From a virus: a stretch of 51,462 nt of DNA. Location: the UHGV virus genome UHGV-0127437. One strand, written 5' to 3'. Shown here piece after piece: positions 43,559 through 51,462 of the stretch. The notes under the pieces were generated by a model, which was not told the origin of the DNA, did no database searches, and saw only the letters and a program-made list of their open reading frames with translations. Each line of letters opens with the position of its first letter. The first letter of the stretch is position 1. Made by a program: the position numbers and the translations under genes.

Positions 43559-43831
43559 ATGAAAATTGATTTAGATCTCAAGGCGCAGGGAGTTGACGTT
43601 TCAACCAGCGGTTATCGCGATTTTGTTAACGCCGAAATTCGCGGCGTTGAAGTGGATGATGTGCTGGAAGAAATCGAAAGCGATGTACTGTTCGCTGCCA
43701 TCGACCTGCCGGATTACATCGACTGGGCTGACAACAACAGCAAGTTACCGGAAATTCTGGATCGTCTTTCTCCTGACGAGGTCATTAGCTGGCTTCGCGA
43801 TAACGGGCATCTGGAGGATAACGATGATTAA
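43559..43831 (+). CDS. Highly acidic first PL-operon protein
   Basis: 90 aa from the ATG at 43559, with GAGGG upstream. By my count it has 25 D/E against 7 K/R. Confidence 0.55.
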   Translation: MKIDLDLKAQGVDVSTSGYRDFVNAEIRGVEVDDVLEEIESDVLFAAIDLPDYIDWADNNSKLPEILDRLSPDEVISWLRDNGHLEDNDD

Positions 43832-43952
43832 CCAGCAGCAAGTCCGGGAGGCTCAACGCCTTGCATGGTTCGCCGTTCGGCATCGCAATATCCAGGTATG
43901 GGAAGAAGCCAAACGTATTTACGCACTTGCTATCGGGAGGACTCTTCACTGA
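43824..43952 (+). CDS. Hypothetical 42-aa protein
   Basis: MINQQQVREAQRLAWFAVRHRNIQVWEEAKRIYALAIGRTLH. It has an ATGA overlap with the upstream stop and a TGATG overlap with the next start. Confidence 0.4.
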   Translation: MINQQQVREAQRLAWFAVRHRNIQVWEEAKRIYALAIGRTLH

Positions 43953-44137
43953 TGGAGACGCTATTCGCACTGGTATTAACGGTCGCAATGACCAACGGTG
44001 ACTTTCAGGATGTGATTCTCGGTGTATATGACAACCAGCAGGAATGCCAGGCCGCAGCTGTCGAGCAAAAGGTTAATGGTGAGTGCTGGCCTGTTGAGGG
44101 AATTATTCGCAACGGAGAGCTGCCAGCAAGCATCTGA
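43952..44137 (+). CDS. Small DUF1482-like protein
   Basis: METLFALVLTVAMTNGDFQDVILGVYDNQQECQAAAVEQKVNGECWPVEG..., translationally coupled to the upstream ORF. Confidence 0.45.
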   Translation: METLFALVLTVAMTNGDFQDVILGVYDNQQECQAAAVEQKVNGECWPVEGIIRNGELPASI

Positions 44138-44146
44138 GGAGGGGTA

Positions 44147-44305
44147 ATGCAGAAAGAATGCGGTTACTGCCGCAAACCCGTTGAAGAAGGCAAAGAAGTA
44201 AAGAGCATCCTTTTCTATCGCAATGGCAACCGGCTTGCCAACAAAGAAAAAGAATACTGCTCAAAGCAATGCGCTGAATACGATCAGATGGCGCACGAAA
44301 GTTAA
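44147..44305 (+). CDS. Small CxxC...CxxxC zinc-ribbon (TRASH/MYM-like) protein
   Basis: 52 aa (MQKECGYCRKPVEEGKEV...EYCSKQCAEYDQMAHES) with GGAGG 5 nt upstream. It is not in the ORF track. Confidence 0.5.
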   Translation: MQKECGYCRKPVEEGKEVKSILFYRNGNRLANKEKEYCSKQCAEYDQMAHES

Positions 44306-44392
44306 CCAGCAGTCCTGAAATATGAAACAAAAAATTCGCCATTAATTTGGCGCGGCTTCTTACACCCTGAATTTAACAACCGGAGAAGTTTT

Positions 44393-44680
44393 ATGGAAAT
44401 CGTAAAAATCGAAATGAACCTGAAAGCAGTGAATAAAGAATTGGCTGTATTCAACTGCGAGAAGAAAGTATCAGGCGTTATTCATTCAGCCGAAACGGGC
44501 GCGGTCACGGTCATTCTTGACGGTGGCTATGTATTCGGCAAGTTCGACTGTCCTCTTTGTGCTGTAGAGGCAATTTCAATGCTGTCCGTAAAAGTAAGTG
44601 ATGGCGATAACGCCGGGTTTGGCAACTACCGCAGCTACAAACTCGATTACTCAGAAAAGGTTTTCAGCACCGTTCATTAA
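44393..44680 (+). CDS. Hypothetical early-left protein
   Basis: 95-aa ORF with GGAGAAG as SD. Confidence 0.5.
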   Translation: MEIVKIEMNLKAVNKELAVFNCEKKVSGVIHSAETGAVTVILDGGYVFGKFDCPLCAVEAISMLSVKVSDGDNAGFGNYRSYKLDYSEKVFSTVH

Positions 44681-44686
44681 GCAAAA

Positions 44687-44703
44687 GCCCACACGAAGTG
44701 GGC
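44687..44703 (+). promoter_or_regulatory. boxB-like hairpin GCCCAC-ACGAA-GTGGGC
   Basis: 6-bp GC stem with a pentaloop, in an 127-nt gap before the recE-like gene. It shares CACGAAGT with a PL-leader hairpin. Confidence 0.3.
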
Positions 44704-44807
44704 CTGCCCGTCCGGCGTCACCGACCAAAGCGAACCGGACATTTCTACCTGGTAAAACCGAGGTGCCATTAAGGCGCCTCCATTCTACACGAATTGAGGA
44801 TAAAATA

Positions 44808-47720
44808 ATGAGTGGAACTAATCCTGTATTTTTAGTCCGCAAAGCAAAGAAATCATCAGGCCAGAAAGATGCAGTTCTCTGGTGCAGCGATGATCTTGAA
44901 GCGGCAAATGCCACACTGGATTATCTCCTGATTAAATCCGGCGCAAAGCTGAAAGATTATTTTAAAGCTGTTGCCACTAATTTCCCCGTCGTTAACGAGC
45001 TTCCGCCAGAAGGCGAACTCAGCTTAACGTTCTGCGATTTCTACCAGCTTGGAAGCGACAACATGACCTGGGCGCAGATCCCCGGTGTTACGTTGCCCTC
45101 TTCTGATGCTGCCGCCGAAGCACGTCAGCATATCGTTAACGGTGTTGATACCGAAACAGGTGAAGTGCTGGAAGATCACACAGAAGAAGTTGTTGATACC
45201 GAAACTGGCGAAATTACCCAGCACGAACAGCCGTCAACTGAAGACAATGGCGATCGACCTGAACACCCTCAGTTAACTGTTGTGGCAACGATGCCCTTCC
45301 GTCATCGCGTTCTGGCTCAACATATTGGCGATGGCGAGTATCTCTATCATGTCGATGAAGAGCAGAAAAAAGCAATTCTCGCTCTGGAAATGGACACTGA
45401 TAACTCATATGTCCAGAACCTTTTACTTGCGTCTGAGAATGTTGAACCATTCAAAAAGGCCATTGAACACGATATCCATAAAGCGGTAAATGCTGTTAAG
45501 AACGTGTTTCCTGCCGATGGCAAAATCCCTGAGCTGGCAAGCGTTATCCAGTTTCTGAAAACATGGTTCGATACCCCTCATATTGATCGCGGGCTGCTCG
45601 TTAAAGAGTGGTGCAAAGGTAATCGTGTATCAGCTATTCAGCGTACTGAAAGCGGCGCGAACGCTGGCGGCGGAATTGCATCCGATCGCAAAATGCCCCA
45701 GACCACTCTCGGTCTTGAATTTGAAATAGCCTTAGGCCTGCTGGCGCGTCAGTATGAATTTGATATTTATTCTCTGCCATTGCAGATCGAACTAAAGGCT
45801 AATTCAATCATGAACGCAGTTGACGACCCTGAGTGGCTGGCAACGCGCGAACTGTTCGTGTCAATGCCTGGTGGTCTGGACTATTCCCGCGCATGCATCG
45901 TTGCAACGGTAAAAACCACACCAGATGAACTGTACAAATCCCCATTTCGCCACCGCGAGTACCTGAATAAGGTGCTGACAGAAACTGACCATGCCAATCC
46001 CGATCCGCTTGTCGTTGATATTGCCTGCGGACGTTCGTCCATGCCTATGCCAACGCCAGTAAGACAGGATGAACCATCCGTTGAAGAAGTAAACCGACAA
46101 CTCGCAGCTGCGCGCGGTGATTACGTTGAAGGTATCAGTGACCCTAACGATCCGAAGTGGGTTCATGAAGACTACAACGCCGCCTCAAATGAGGGAGAAA
46201 AAACGGAAAATGAGGACGTCGCCGATGTGCAGGTTCAAGAAACTGACGGTAATGAAGAACAGGCTGGTGATGCGCTGCGTACAAGCGAAAGCGATCTGGG
46301 GAATGGTGAAGAAGCAGATACCGGCGAACAAGCCGATGTAGACCACAATCAACCGGAAGTGAGCCAGAACAACGATTCTGCAAGCCATTCTGAGCCAGAA
46401 GCGCAACAGGAAGAACCAATGCCAGTGTGGCCGGAATACTTCGAGCCGGGGCGTTATGAAGGCGTACCGAACGAGGTATATCACGCGGCGAATGGCACCA
46501 GTTCGACGATGGTAAAAGATGCCCGGGTATCGCTGATGTATTTCGAGGCGCGCCACGTATCCAAAACCATCCAGAAAGAACGCACCAAAGTCCTGGATAT
46601 GGGGAATCTGGTGCACGCGCTGGCATTACAGCCTGAACAACTGGAAAAAGAGTTCAGCATCGAGCCGGAAATCCCGGAAGGTGCGCTCACGACGACAGCG
46701 ACGATCCGCGCGGTTATCGACGAACACAACGCCAGCCTGCCGGCATTACTCACCGCAGACGATATCAAAGCGTTGCTGGAAGAATACAACGCCACCCTGC
46801 CCGCGCCATTACCGCTTGGGGCATCCGTTGACGAAGCGTATGCGTCATATGAGCAACTCCCGGAAGAGTTCCAGCGCATCGAAAACGGGACTAAGCATAC
46901 AGCAGCGGCAATGAAGGCCTGCATCAAAGAATACAACGCCACCCTGCCGCCGCAGGTGAAAACCAGCGGAAGCCGTGACGCGCTGCTTGAGCAACTGGCG
47001 ATCATCAACCCTGACCTGGTCGCACAGGAAGCACAGAAGCCACAGCCGTTGAAAGTATCCGGCACCAAAGCGGATCTGATTCAGGCAGTGAAATCCGTCA
47101 AACCTGAAACAGTGTTTGCCGACGAGCTGCTTGACGCATGGCGCGAAAACCCCGGCGATAAAATTCTGGTTACCCGCCAGCAGTTGAGCACCGCGCAGGC
47201 CATCCAGAAAGCGCTGCTGAATCACCCGACCGCCGGGAAGCTGCTGACGCATCCGAACCGCGCCGTAGAGGTGAGCTATTTCGGTATTGATGAGGAAACC
47301 GGGCTGGAAATCCGCGTGCGCCCAGACCTTGAAATCGACATGGGCGGCCTGCGCATCGGTGCGGACCTGAAAACCATCAGCATGTGGAATATCAAGCAGG
47401 AAGGCCTGCGCGCCAAACTGCACCGGGAAATCATCGAGCGCGATTATCACCTGAGCGCTGCCATGTACTGCGAAACCGCAGCGCTGGACCAGTTTTTCTG
47501 GATATTCGTCAACAAAGACGAGAACTACCACTGGATCGCCATCGTCGAGGTATCCGAAGAGTTGCTGGAACTCGGCATGCTGGAATACCGCAAAGCAATG
47601 CGCGCCATAGCGAACGGGTTCGACACTGGCGAATGGCCAGCGCCGATTACCGAAGATTACGCCGAAGAACTCAACGATTTTGATGTGCGCCGCCTTGAAG
47701 CGCTGCGCGTACAGGCATAA
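44808..47720 (+). CDS. recE: RecE-like exonuclease VIII (C-terminal PD-(D/E)XK domain) with a long N-terminal extension
   Basis: 970 aa from the ATG at 44808 (GAGGA SD). The C-terminus (...GVPNEVYHAANGTSST...IRVRPDLEID...GADLKTIS...YHLSAAMYCE) fits the RecE-type nuclease. It lies immediately upstream of the annealase. Confidence 0.65.
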   Translation: MSGTNPVFLVRKAKKSSGQKDAVLWCSDDLEAANATLDYLLIKSGAKLKDYFKAVATNFPVVNELPPEGELSLTFCDFYQLGSDNMTWAQIPGVTLPSSDAAAEARQHIVNGVDTETGEVLEDHTEEVVDTETGEITQHEQPSTEDNGDRPEHPQLTVVATMPFRHRVLAQHIGDGEYLYHVDEEQKKAILALEMDTDNSYVQNLLLASENVEPFKKAIEHDIHKAVNAVKNVFPADGKIPELASVIQFLKTWFDTPHIDRGLLVKEWCKGNRVSAIQRTESGANAGGGIASDRKMPQTTLGLEFEIALGLLARQYEFDIYSLPLQIELKANSIMNAVDDPEWLATRELFVSMPGGLDYSRACIVATVKTTPDELYKSPFRHREYLNKVLTETDHANPDPLVVDIACGRSSMPMPTPVRQDEPSVEEVNRQLAAARGDYVEGISDPNDPKWVHEDYNAASNEGEKTENEDVADVQVQETDGNEEQAGDALRTSESDLGNGEEADTGEQADVDHNQPEVSQNNDSASHSEPEAQQEEPMPVWPEYFEPGRYEGVPNEVYHAANGTSSTMVKDARVSLMYFEARHVSKTIQKERTKVLDMGNLVHALALQPEQLEKEFSIEPEIPEGALTTTATIRAVIDEHNASLPALLTADDIKALLEEYNATLPAPLPLGASVDEAYASYEQLPEEFQRIENGTKHTAAAMKACIKEYNATLPPQVKTSGSRDALLEQLAIINPDLVAQEAQKPQPLKVSGTKADLIQAVKSVKPETVFADELLDAWRENPGDKILVTRQQLSTAQAIQKALLNHPTAGKLLTHPNRAVEVSYFGIDEETGLEIRVRPDLEIDMGGLRIGADLKTISMWNIKQEGLRAKLHREIIERDYHLSAAMYCETAALDQFFWIFVNKDENYHWIAIVEVSEELLELGMLEYRKAMRAIANGFDTGEWPAPITEDYAEELNDFDVRRLEALRVQA

Positions 47721-47732
47721 GGGGGAATAACA

Positions 47733-48821
47733 ATGTCCAATTTAGTCGCCACCACTGAAAACCAAACTCAGAAAATCGACAACGTTTCTATCCTGACGAA
47801 CGGGGAACTGTTCAACCGCCTGCGCACGCTTTCGGAGGTAATGGCCAACAGTGGAAACTTCGTCCCAGATCATTACCGGGGGAAACCGGACGCCTGCATG
47901 GCTGTTGTGATGCAGGCTGCGCGCTGGGGCATGGATCCTTTCGCTGTAGCGCAAAAGACTTTCATCGTCGGGAATTCCGGTGTGCTTGGTTATGAAGCGC
48001 AGCTGGTTAATGCGGTGATCAACACTATGGCCCCCACTAAGGATCGTATCCACTTTGAATGGTTCGGCGAATGGGAAAATATCGTTGGACGGTTCGTGGA
48101 GAAGACAAGCAGCCAGAATAAAAAGTACATCGCGCCGGGCTGGAATTTGAAAGACGAAGCTGGCGTGGGCGTTCGCGCCTGGGCAACGCTTAAAGGTGAA
48201 TCTGAACCGCGCGAGCTGGTCCTGATGCTTTCGCAAGCACAGGTACGCAATTCAACATTGTGGGCAACCGACCCACGCCAGCAGTTAGCCTATCTCGCCG
48301 TTAAACGTTGGGCGCGTCTCTACTGCCCCGACGTGATTCTCGGGGTTTATACCGCCGATGAGATTGACGAGCGTGAGGAGAAGGTAATCAACCCCTCGTC
48401 TGTTGAAAGGGTCACCATTGATGAGATTGCCAGCAGTGCGCGCACGACAGCCAGCGCGCAGGAATCAACTAAAAACATCGATCAGTTAGCCGACGATCTG
48501 CGTGACCGCATTGAAAAAGCAATGACGGTCGACCAGGCAAGCGCTATCCGCGGTGAAATCGAGACCGAAAAACCAATACTTGGCACAGCTCTATACACGG
48601 AACTGAAAAATAAGGCCGTTCGTCGTTATTACCTGGTCGATCACCGCAACCGGGTGGAAGCGGCTATCAATGCCCTGCCTAACCCGGGCGAACCAGAAGC
48701 GGCAGAACTGTTTGCTAAAGCTGAAGGCGTTCTCAATGCCGCCAAACGTCACTTGGGCGATGAACTGTACGACCAGTTCCGCATCACCCTGGACGACATG
48801 AAACCGGAATACGTGGGCTAA
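47733..48821 (+). CDS. recT: RecT/Red-beta-superfamily single-strand annealing protein
   Basis: ACMAVVMQAARWGMDPFAVAQKTFIV and WATDPRQQLAYLAVKRWARLYCPDVILGVY parallel the Bet motifs (IALLIVANQYGLNPW and WQSHPKRMLRHKAMIQCARLAFGFAGIY). Confidence 0.7.
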   Translation: MSNLVATTENQTQKIDNVSILTNGELFNRLRTLSEVMANSGNFVPDHYRGKPDACMAVVMQAARWGMDPFAVAQKTFIVGNSGVLGYEAQLVNAVINTMAPTKDRIHFEWFGEWENIVGRFVEKTSSQNKKYIAPGWNLKDEAGVGVRAWATLKGESEPRELVLMLSQAQVRNSTLWATDPRQQLAYLAVKRWARLYCPDVILGVYTADEIDEREEKVINPSSVERVTIDEIASSARTTASAQESTKNIDQLADDLRDRIEKAMTVDQASAIRGEIETEKPILGTALYTELKNKAVRRYYLVDHRNRVEAAINALPNPGEPEAAELFAKAEGVLNAAKRHLGDELYDQFRITLDDMKPEYVG

Positions 48822-48861
48822 GGGAGGCGGGAGGGCGGCCCCTCCCGTCACAGGGGGTTAT

Positions 48862-49101
48862 ATGCGCCTTATCAATCGCAGTAAGCAATCTCCGTTAGGT
48901 CGTCGGGCATGCGATGCAGCACTGGCAAAGCATGTTGAGCTTTACGGGGAGTTTGGCCGACAGAAAACAAAGACCACTTATACCGTGGCGGTCGACGGCG
49001 TGAAGGTGACAGTAGAAGTTGTTAACCGACATAAGAGCTATGTCGCCACCGCAATGACAGGTATGCGCCGACTGCGCGCACTGCCAGGGCAGATTGCCTG
49101 A
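48862..49101 (+). CDS. Hypothetical protein
   Basis: 79-aa ORF between recT-like and xis. Confidence 0.4.
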   Translation: MRLINRSKQSPLGRRACDAALAKHVELYGEFGRQKTKTTYTVAVDGVKVTVEVVNRHKSYVATAMTGMRRLRALPGQIA

Positions 49102-49124
49102 TAACGAATTATCAATGTCACAAC

Positions 49125-49150
49125 ACCGGCGCATCTATACTGGCGCCGGT
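49125..49150 (+). promoter_or_regulatory. 8-bp perfect hairpin upstream of xis
   Basis: ACCGGCGC-atctatactg-GCGCCGGT with no T-tract. It could be a processing or attenuation structure in front of xis-int. Confidence 0.3.
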
Positions 49151-49165
49151 TACCTGAGGTGAACC

Positions 49166-49381
49166 ATGTCACAGGTAATTTTTAACGAAGAGTGGGTTGT
49201 TGAGTCCAGACTTACCGAAAGAACAGGACTTACTGAAGGACAGATTAAAAATTATCGCCAGAAACTATGGGTTGAAGGTGTTCACTTCAAGCGCCTTACT
49301 GCGCTTGGACAGACTGACAACTCTAAAGGTCTGCTTTGGTACAACTACCCGAAGATTAATCAGTTAGTTCAGGATGCTTAA
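49166..49381 (+). CDS. xis: Excisionase-like protein (DUF1233/e14-type)
   Basis: 71 aa directly upstream of int and overlapping it. EWVVESRLTERTGLTEGQIKNYRQKLWVEGVHFKR resembles e14-type excisionases. Confidence 0.65.
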   Translation: MSQVIFNEEWVVESRLTERTGLTEGQIKNYRQKLWVEGVHFKRLTALGQTDNSKGLLWYNYPKINQLVQDA

Positions 49382-50667
49382 TGAAATACCCGACTGGTGT
49401 TGAACTGCATAACGGAAAAATCAGGATCACATTTATCTATCGCGGCATTCGTTGCCGCGAAGTTCTCCAGGGTTGGGTTGTCAACAGTAGCAATATTAAA
49501 AAAGCGGGCAATCTGCGCGCGGCAATTGTGAGTGAGATACAACTCGGTAAGTTCGACTACGCAGATCGTTTCCCGGAATCAAAGGCTCTTAAGAAATTTT
49601 CGTCCACAAAACGGATCTCCACATTCAAAGAACTGAGTGATTTTTTTACAGATACAAAGTCACTGGAGGTATCTGAAGCCACTTTGCTATCCATCACATC
49701 AGTCGTTAACACCCTGAAACGAGTCGTGGGCGAGAACACACGGCTGGTTGATATTCAGCACGCAGATATTCTGAATTACCGCAAAGAACTCCTGACCGGG
49801 GAGGTTTTCAACCCTTCAATGCCAAACCGCATCAAAAATGGGCGCGCGCCCTCAACAGTCAATAAACAGATGGCTGTTTTATCAGAAATGCTGAAGCTTG
49901 CAAACCGAAGCCAGTTTATATTGCATGCTCCTTATGAAGGAGTGTCGAGACTCAAGTTATCTAAAAATGATCCCGATCCACTTTTACTTCATGAGTACCA
50001 GGCACTGATAGCCGCCCTTCCCCGTAGCCAGGCATTAATCATCATTATTGCAGTGCATACGGGGATGAGGCCGGGCGAGATATGCGCACTGGCATGGGAA
50101 GATATTGATTTGGTAAAAGGTGAAATCCACGTATCCAGAAATTTGACGAACAAGCGAGTATTTGTACCCCCTAAAACAGATGCCGGGATAAGGACGATAA
50201 CGTTGCTGAAACCTGCTCATGATGCTCTGCTGGAGCAATACGAAATCACCGGGAACAGTCCAAAACAGGAAATTAAGTTTCATCATCGTGAGATCGGAAA
50301 AACTGAGCAGCAATATCTTCGCTTCGTTTTTTCACCGACATCATACTCGTCAACGAAAGGCGGTTACTTTTCCAAGGACTCGATTTCCTATGGCTGGAGG
50401 CGTGGAACTAAACTTTCAGGTATACGTGAGCGCAATCCATATCAGTCGCGTCACACATATGCCTGCTGGACGCTGATGGCCGGAGCGAACCCGTCGTTCA
50501 TTGCCAGCCAGATGGGGCATGAAGATGCGCGTATGGTGTACGAGGTTTACTCCAAGTGGATTGGTGACATGAACCAGGATCAGGTCAACATGCTGAACAA
50601 TCAGATGCCGACAGCACTGCCCCCAGGACGCCCCCACGGGCGAGGGAGTATGAAAAAAGTCATTTAA
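49381..50667 (+). CDS. int: Tyrosine integrase (lambda-Int family with N-terminal arm-binding domain)
   Basis: 428 aa. Catalytic-region motifs are HTGMRPGEICALAWEDID and SRHTYACWTLMAGANPSFIASQMGHEDARMVYEVYSKW. Confidence 0.9.
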   Translation: MKYPTGVELHNGKIRITFIYRGIRCREVLQGWVVNSSNIKKAGNLRAAIVSEIQLGKFDYADRFPESKALKKFSSTKRISTFKELSDFFTDTKSLEVSEATLLSITSVVNTLKRVVGENTRLVDIQHADILNYRKELLTGEVFNPSMPNRIKNGRAPSTVNKQMAVLSEMLKLANRSQFILHAPYEGVSRLKLSKNDPDPLLLHEYQALIAALPRSQALIIIIAVHTGMRPGEICALAWEDIDLVKGEIHVSRNLTNKRVFVPPKTDAGIRTITLLKPAHDALLEQYEITGNSPKQEIKFHHREIGKTEQQYLRFVFSPTSYSSTKGGYFSKDSISYGWRRGTKLSGIRERNPYQSRHTYACWTLMAGANPSFIASQMGHEDARMVYEVYSKWIGDMNQDQVNMLNNQMPTALPPGRPHGRGSMKKVI

Positions 50668-50737
50668 TTTCATAGCGCTGGTTTCAATCCACACAATCAG
50701 CGTTAAACTACTAATACCGTTAATTTAGGGAGAAAAG

Positions 50738-51412
50738 ATGATGCGCGTACTGGTTGTCGAAGATAATGCCTTATTACGCCACCACCTGAAGGTTCAATTA
50801 CAGGATTTGGGGCACCAGGTTGATGACGCAGAAGATGCAAAGGAAGCCGATTATTATCTTAACGAGCATCTGCCGGACATCGCCATCGTCGATTTAGGCC
50901 TCCCGGATGAAGACGGGCTTTCGCTGATCCGCCGCTGGCGCAGCAATGACGTTTCCCTTCCTGTTCTGGTATTAACCGCCCGTGAGGGCTGGCAGGATAA
51001 AGTGGAAGTGCTGAGCGCCGGCGCCGACGACTACGTGACAAAACCATTTCATATTGAAGAAGTGGTCGCGCGTATGCAGGCGTTAATGCGCCGCAACAGC
51101 GGCCTGGCCTCGCAGGTTATCTCTATTCCGCCTTTTCAGGTGGATCTCTCCCGCCGTGAATTGTCCGTAAATGATGAAGTGATAAAACTGACGGCGTTTG
51201 AATACACCATTATGGAAACGCTGATCCGCAATAATGGCAAAGTCGTCAGCAAAGATTCGTTGATGCTACAGCTCTACCCGGATGCGGAACTGCGTGAAAG
51301 CCATACCATTGATGTATTAATGGGGCGCTTACGCAAAAAAATTCAGGCGCGATATCCTGATGATGTGATTACCACCGTCCGTGGTCAGGGATACCTGTTC
51401 GAACTGCGCTAA
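50738..51412 (+). CDS. phoP: Response regulator PhoP
   Basis: 224 aa, near-identical in pattern to enterobacterial PhoP ([23 protein letters not shown]...[12 protein letters not shown]). Confidence 0.95.
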   Translation: MMRVLVVEDNALLRHHLKVQLQDLGHQVDDAEDAKEADYYLNEHLPDIAIVDLGLPDEDGLSLIRRWRSNDVSLPVLVLTAREGWQDKVEVLSAGADDYVTKPFHIEEVVARMQALMRRNSGLASQVISIPPFQVDLSRRELSVNDEVIKLTAFEYTIMETLIRNNGKVVSKDSLMLQLYPDAELRESHTIDVLMGRLRKKIQARYPDDVITTVRGQGYLFELR

Positions 51413-51462
51413 TGAATAAATTACTGCGTCATCTTTTTCCTTTATCGCTGCGCCTGCGCTTT
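51412..51462 (+). CDS. phoQ: Sensor kinase PhoQ, first 17 codons only (runs off the window)
   Basis: [17 protein letters not shown] compares with E. coli/Salmonella MKKLLRLFFPLSLRVRF. It has a TAATG overlap with the phoP stop. Confidence 0.85.
   Translation, partial: MNKLLRHLFPLSLRLRF

Noticed and set aside
44598-44807. N-terminal 70-codon extension of the RecE-like ORF given in the track (start 44598)
   Set aside because: It overlaps the preceding 95-aa gene, and its translation (PTRSGPARPASPTKANRT...) is Pro/Arg/Thr-rich. It also spans the boxB-like hairpin region. The ATG at 44808 has a GAGGA SD and yields a plausible N-terminus (MSGTNPVFLVRK).
46144-47531. Four minus-strand ORFs (143-228 aa) inside the recE-like gene
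   Set aside because: They are antisense to a long ORF with recognisable nuclease motifs. They overlap one another in different frames and have no start context.

Overview
Most of this window is one lambdoid, siphovirus-type prophage of about 49 kb (roughly 1.8-50.7 kb) in an Enterobacteriaceae chromosome. A LexA-boxed umuDC operon lies on the left. phoP and the start of phoQ lie on the right, and the integrase ORF stops only 70 bp before the phoP start codon.

Prophage order, left to right:
- gtrABC O-antigen glucosylation cassette (+), convergent with the tailspike.
- One long minus-strand late/early-right transcription unit. It runs tailspike, HExxH moron, J-like tip, tail tip proteins, tape measure, G/GT chaperone with -1 slippery sites, Ig-domain major tail protein, head-tail connectors, (EQ)9 protein, capsid, scaffold, MuF-like protein, portal, TerL and TerS. 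It continues with a metallopeptidase-like ORF, a 400-bp noncoding gap, a moron, Rz/Rz1, SAR endolysin, dual-start holin, a moron, Q, RusA, nin-like genes and a LexA-boxed dinI operon. It ends with an AT-rich cargo island, a PAPS-reductase-like gene, P, O with embedded 12-bp iterons, and YdaT/CII-like and Cro-like genes.
- Immunity region: a small repressor without an S24 domain, plus an unrecognised 306-aa membrane protein (+).
- PL operon (+): small ORFs, a RecE-like giant exonuclease, RecT/Bet-like annealase, xis and int.

No tRNA, rRNA, CRISPR array or IS element was seen.

The best candidates for undescribed biology are AT-rich cargo genes at classic prophage moron or defence positions:
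- The repressor-linked 306-aa single-pass membrane protein (41.8-42.7 kb).
- A three-gene island of two membrane proteins and a SAM-methyltransferase (33.8-35.7 kb), next to an overlapping two-gene cassette (33.2-33.7 kb) and a stand-alone PAPS-reductase/DndC-like enzyme.
- An FtsH-like HExxH protein between tail tip and tailspike.
- Several unannotated tiny hydrophobic ORFs.

All family assignments come from reading the translations and from memory of the families. No database search was run.
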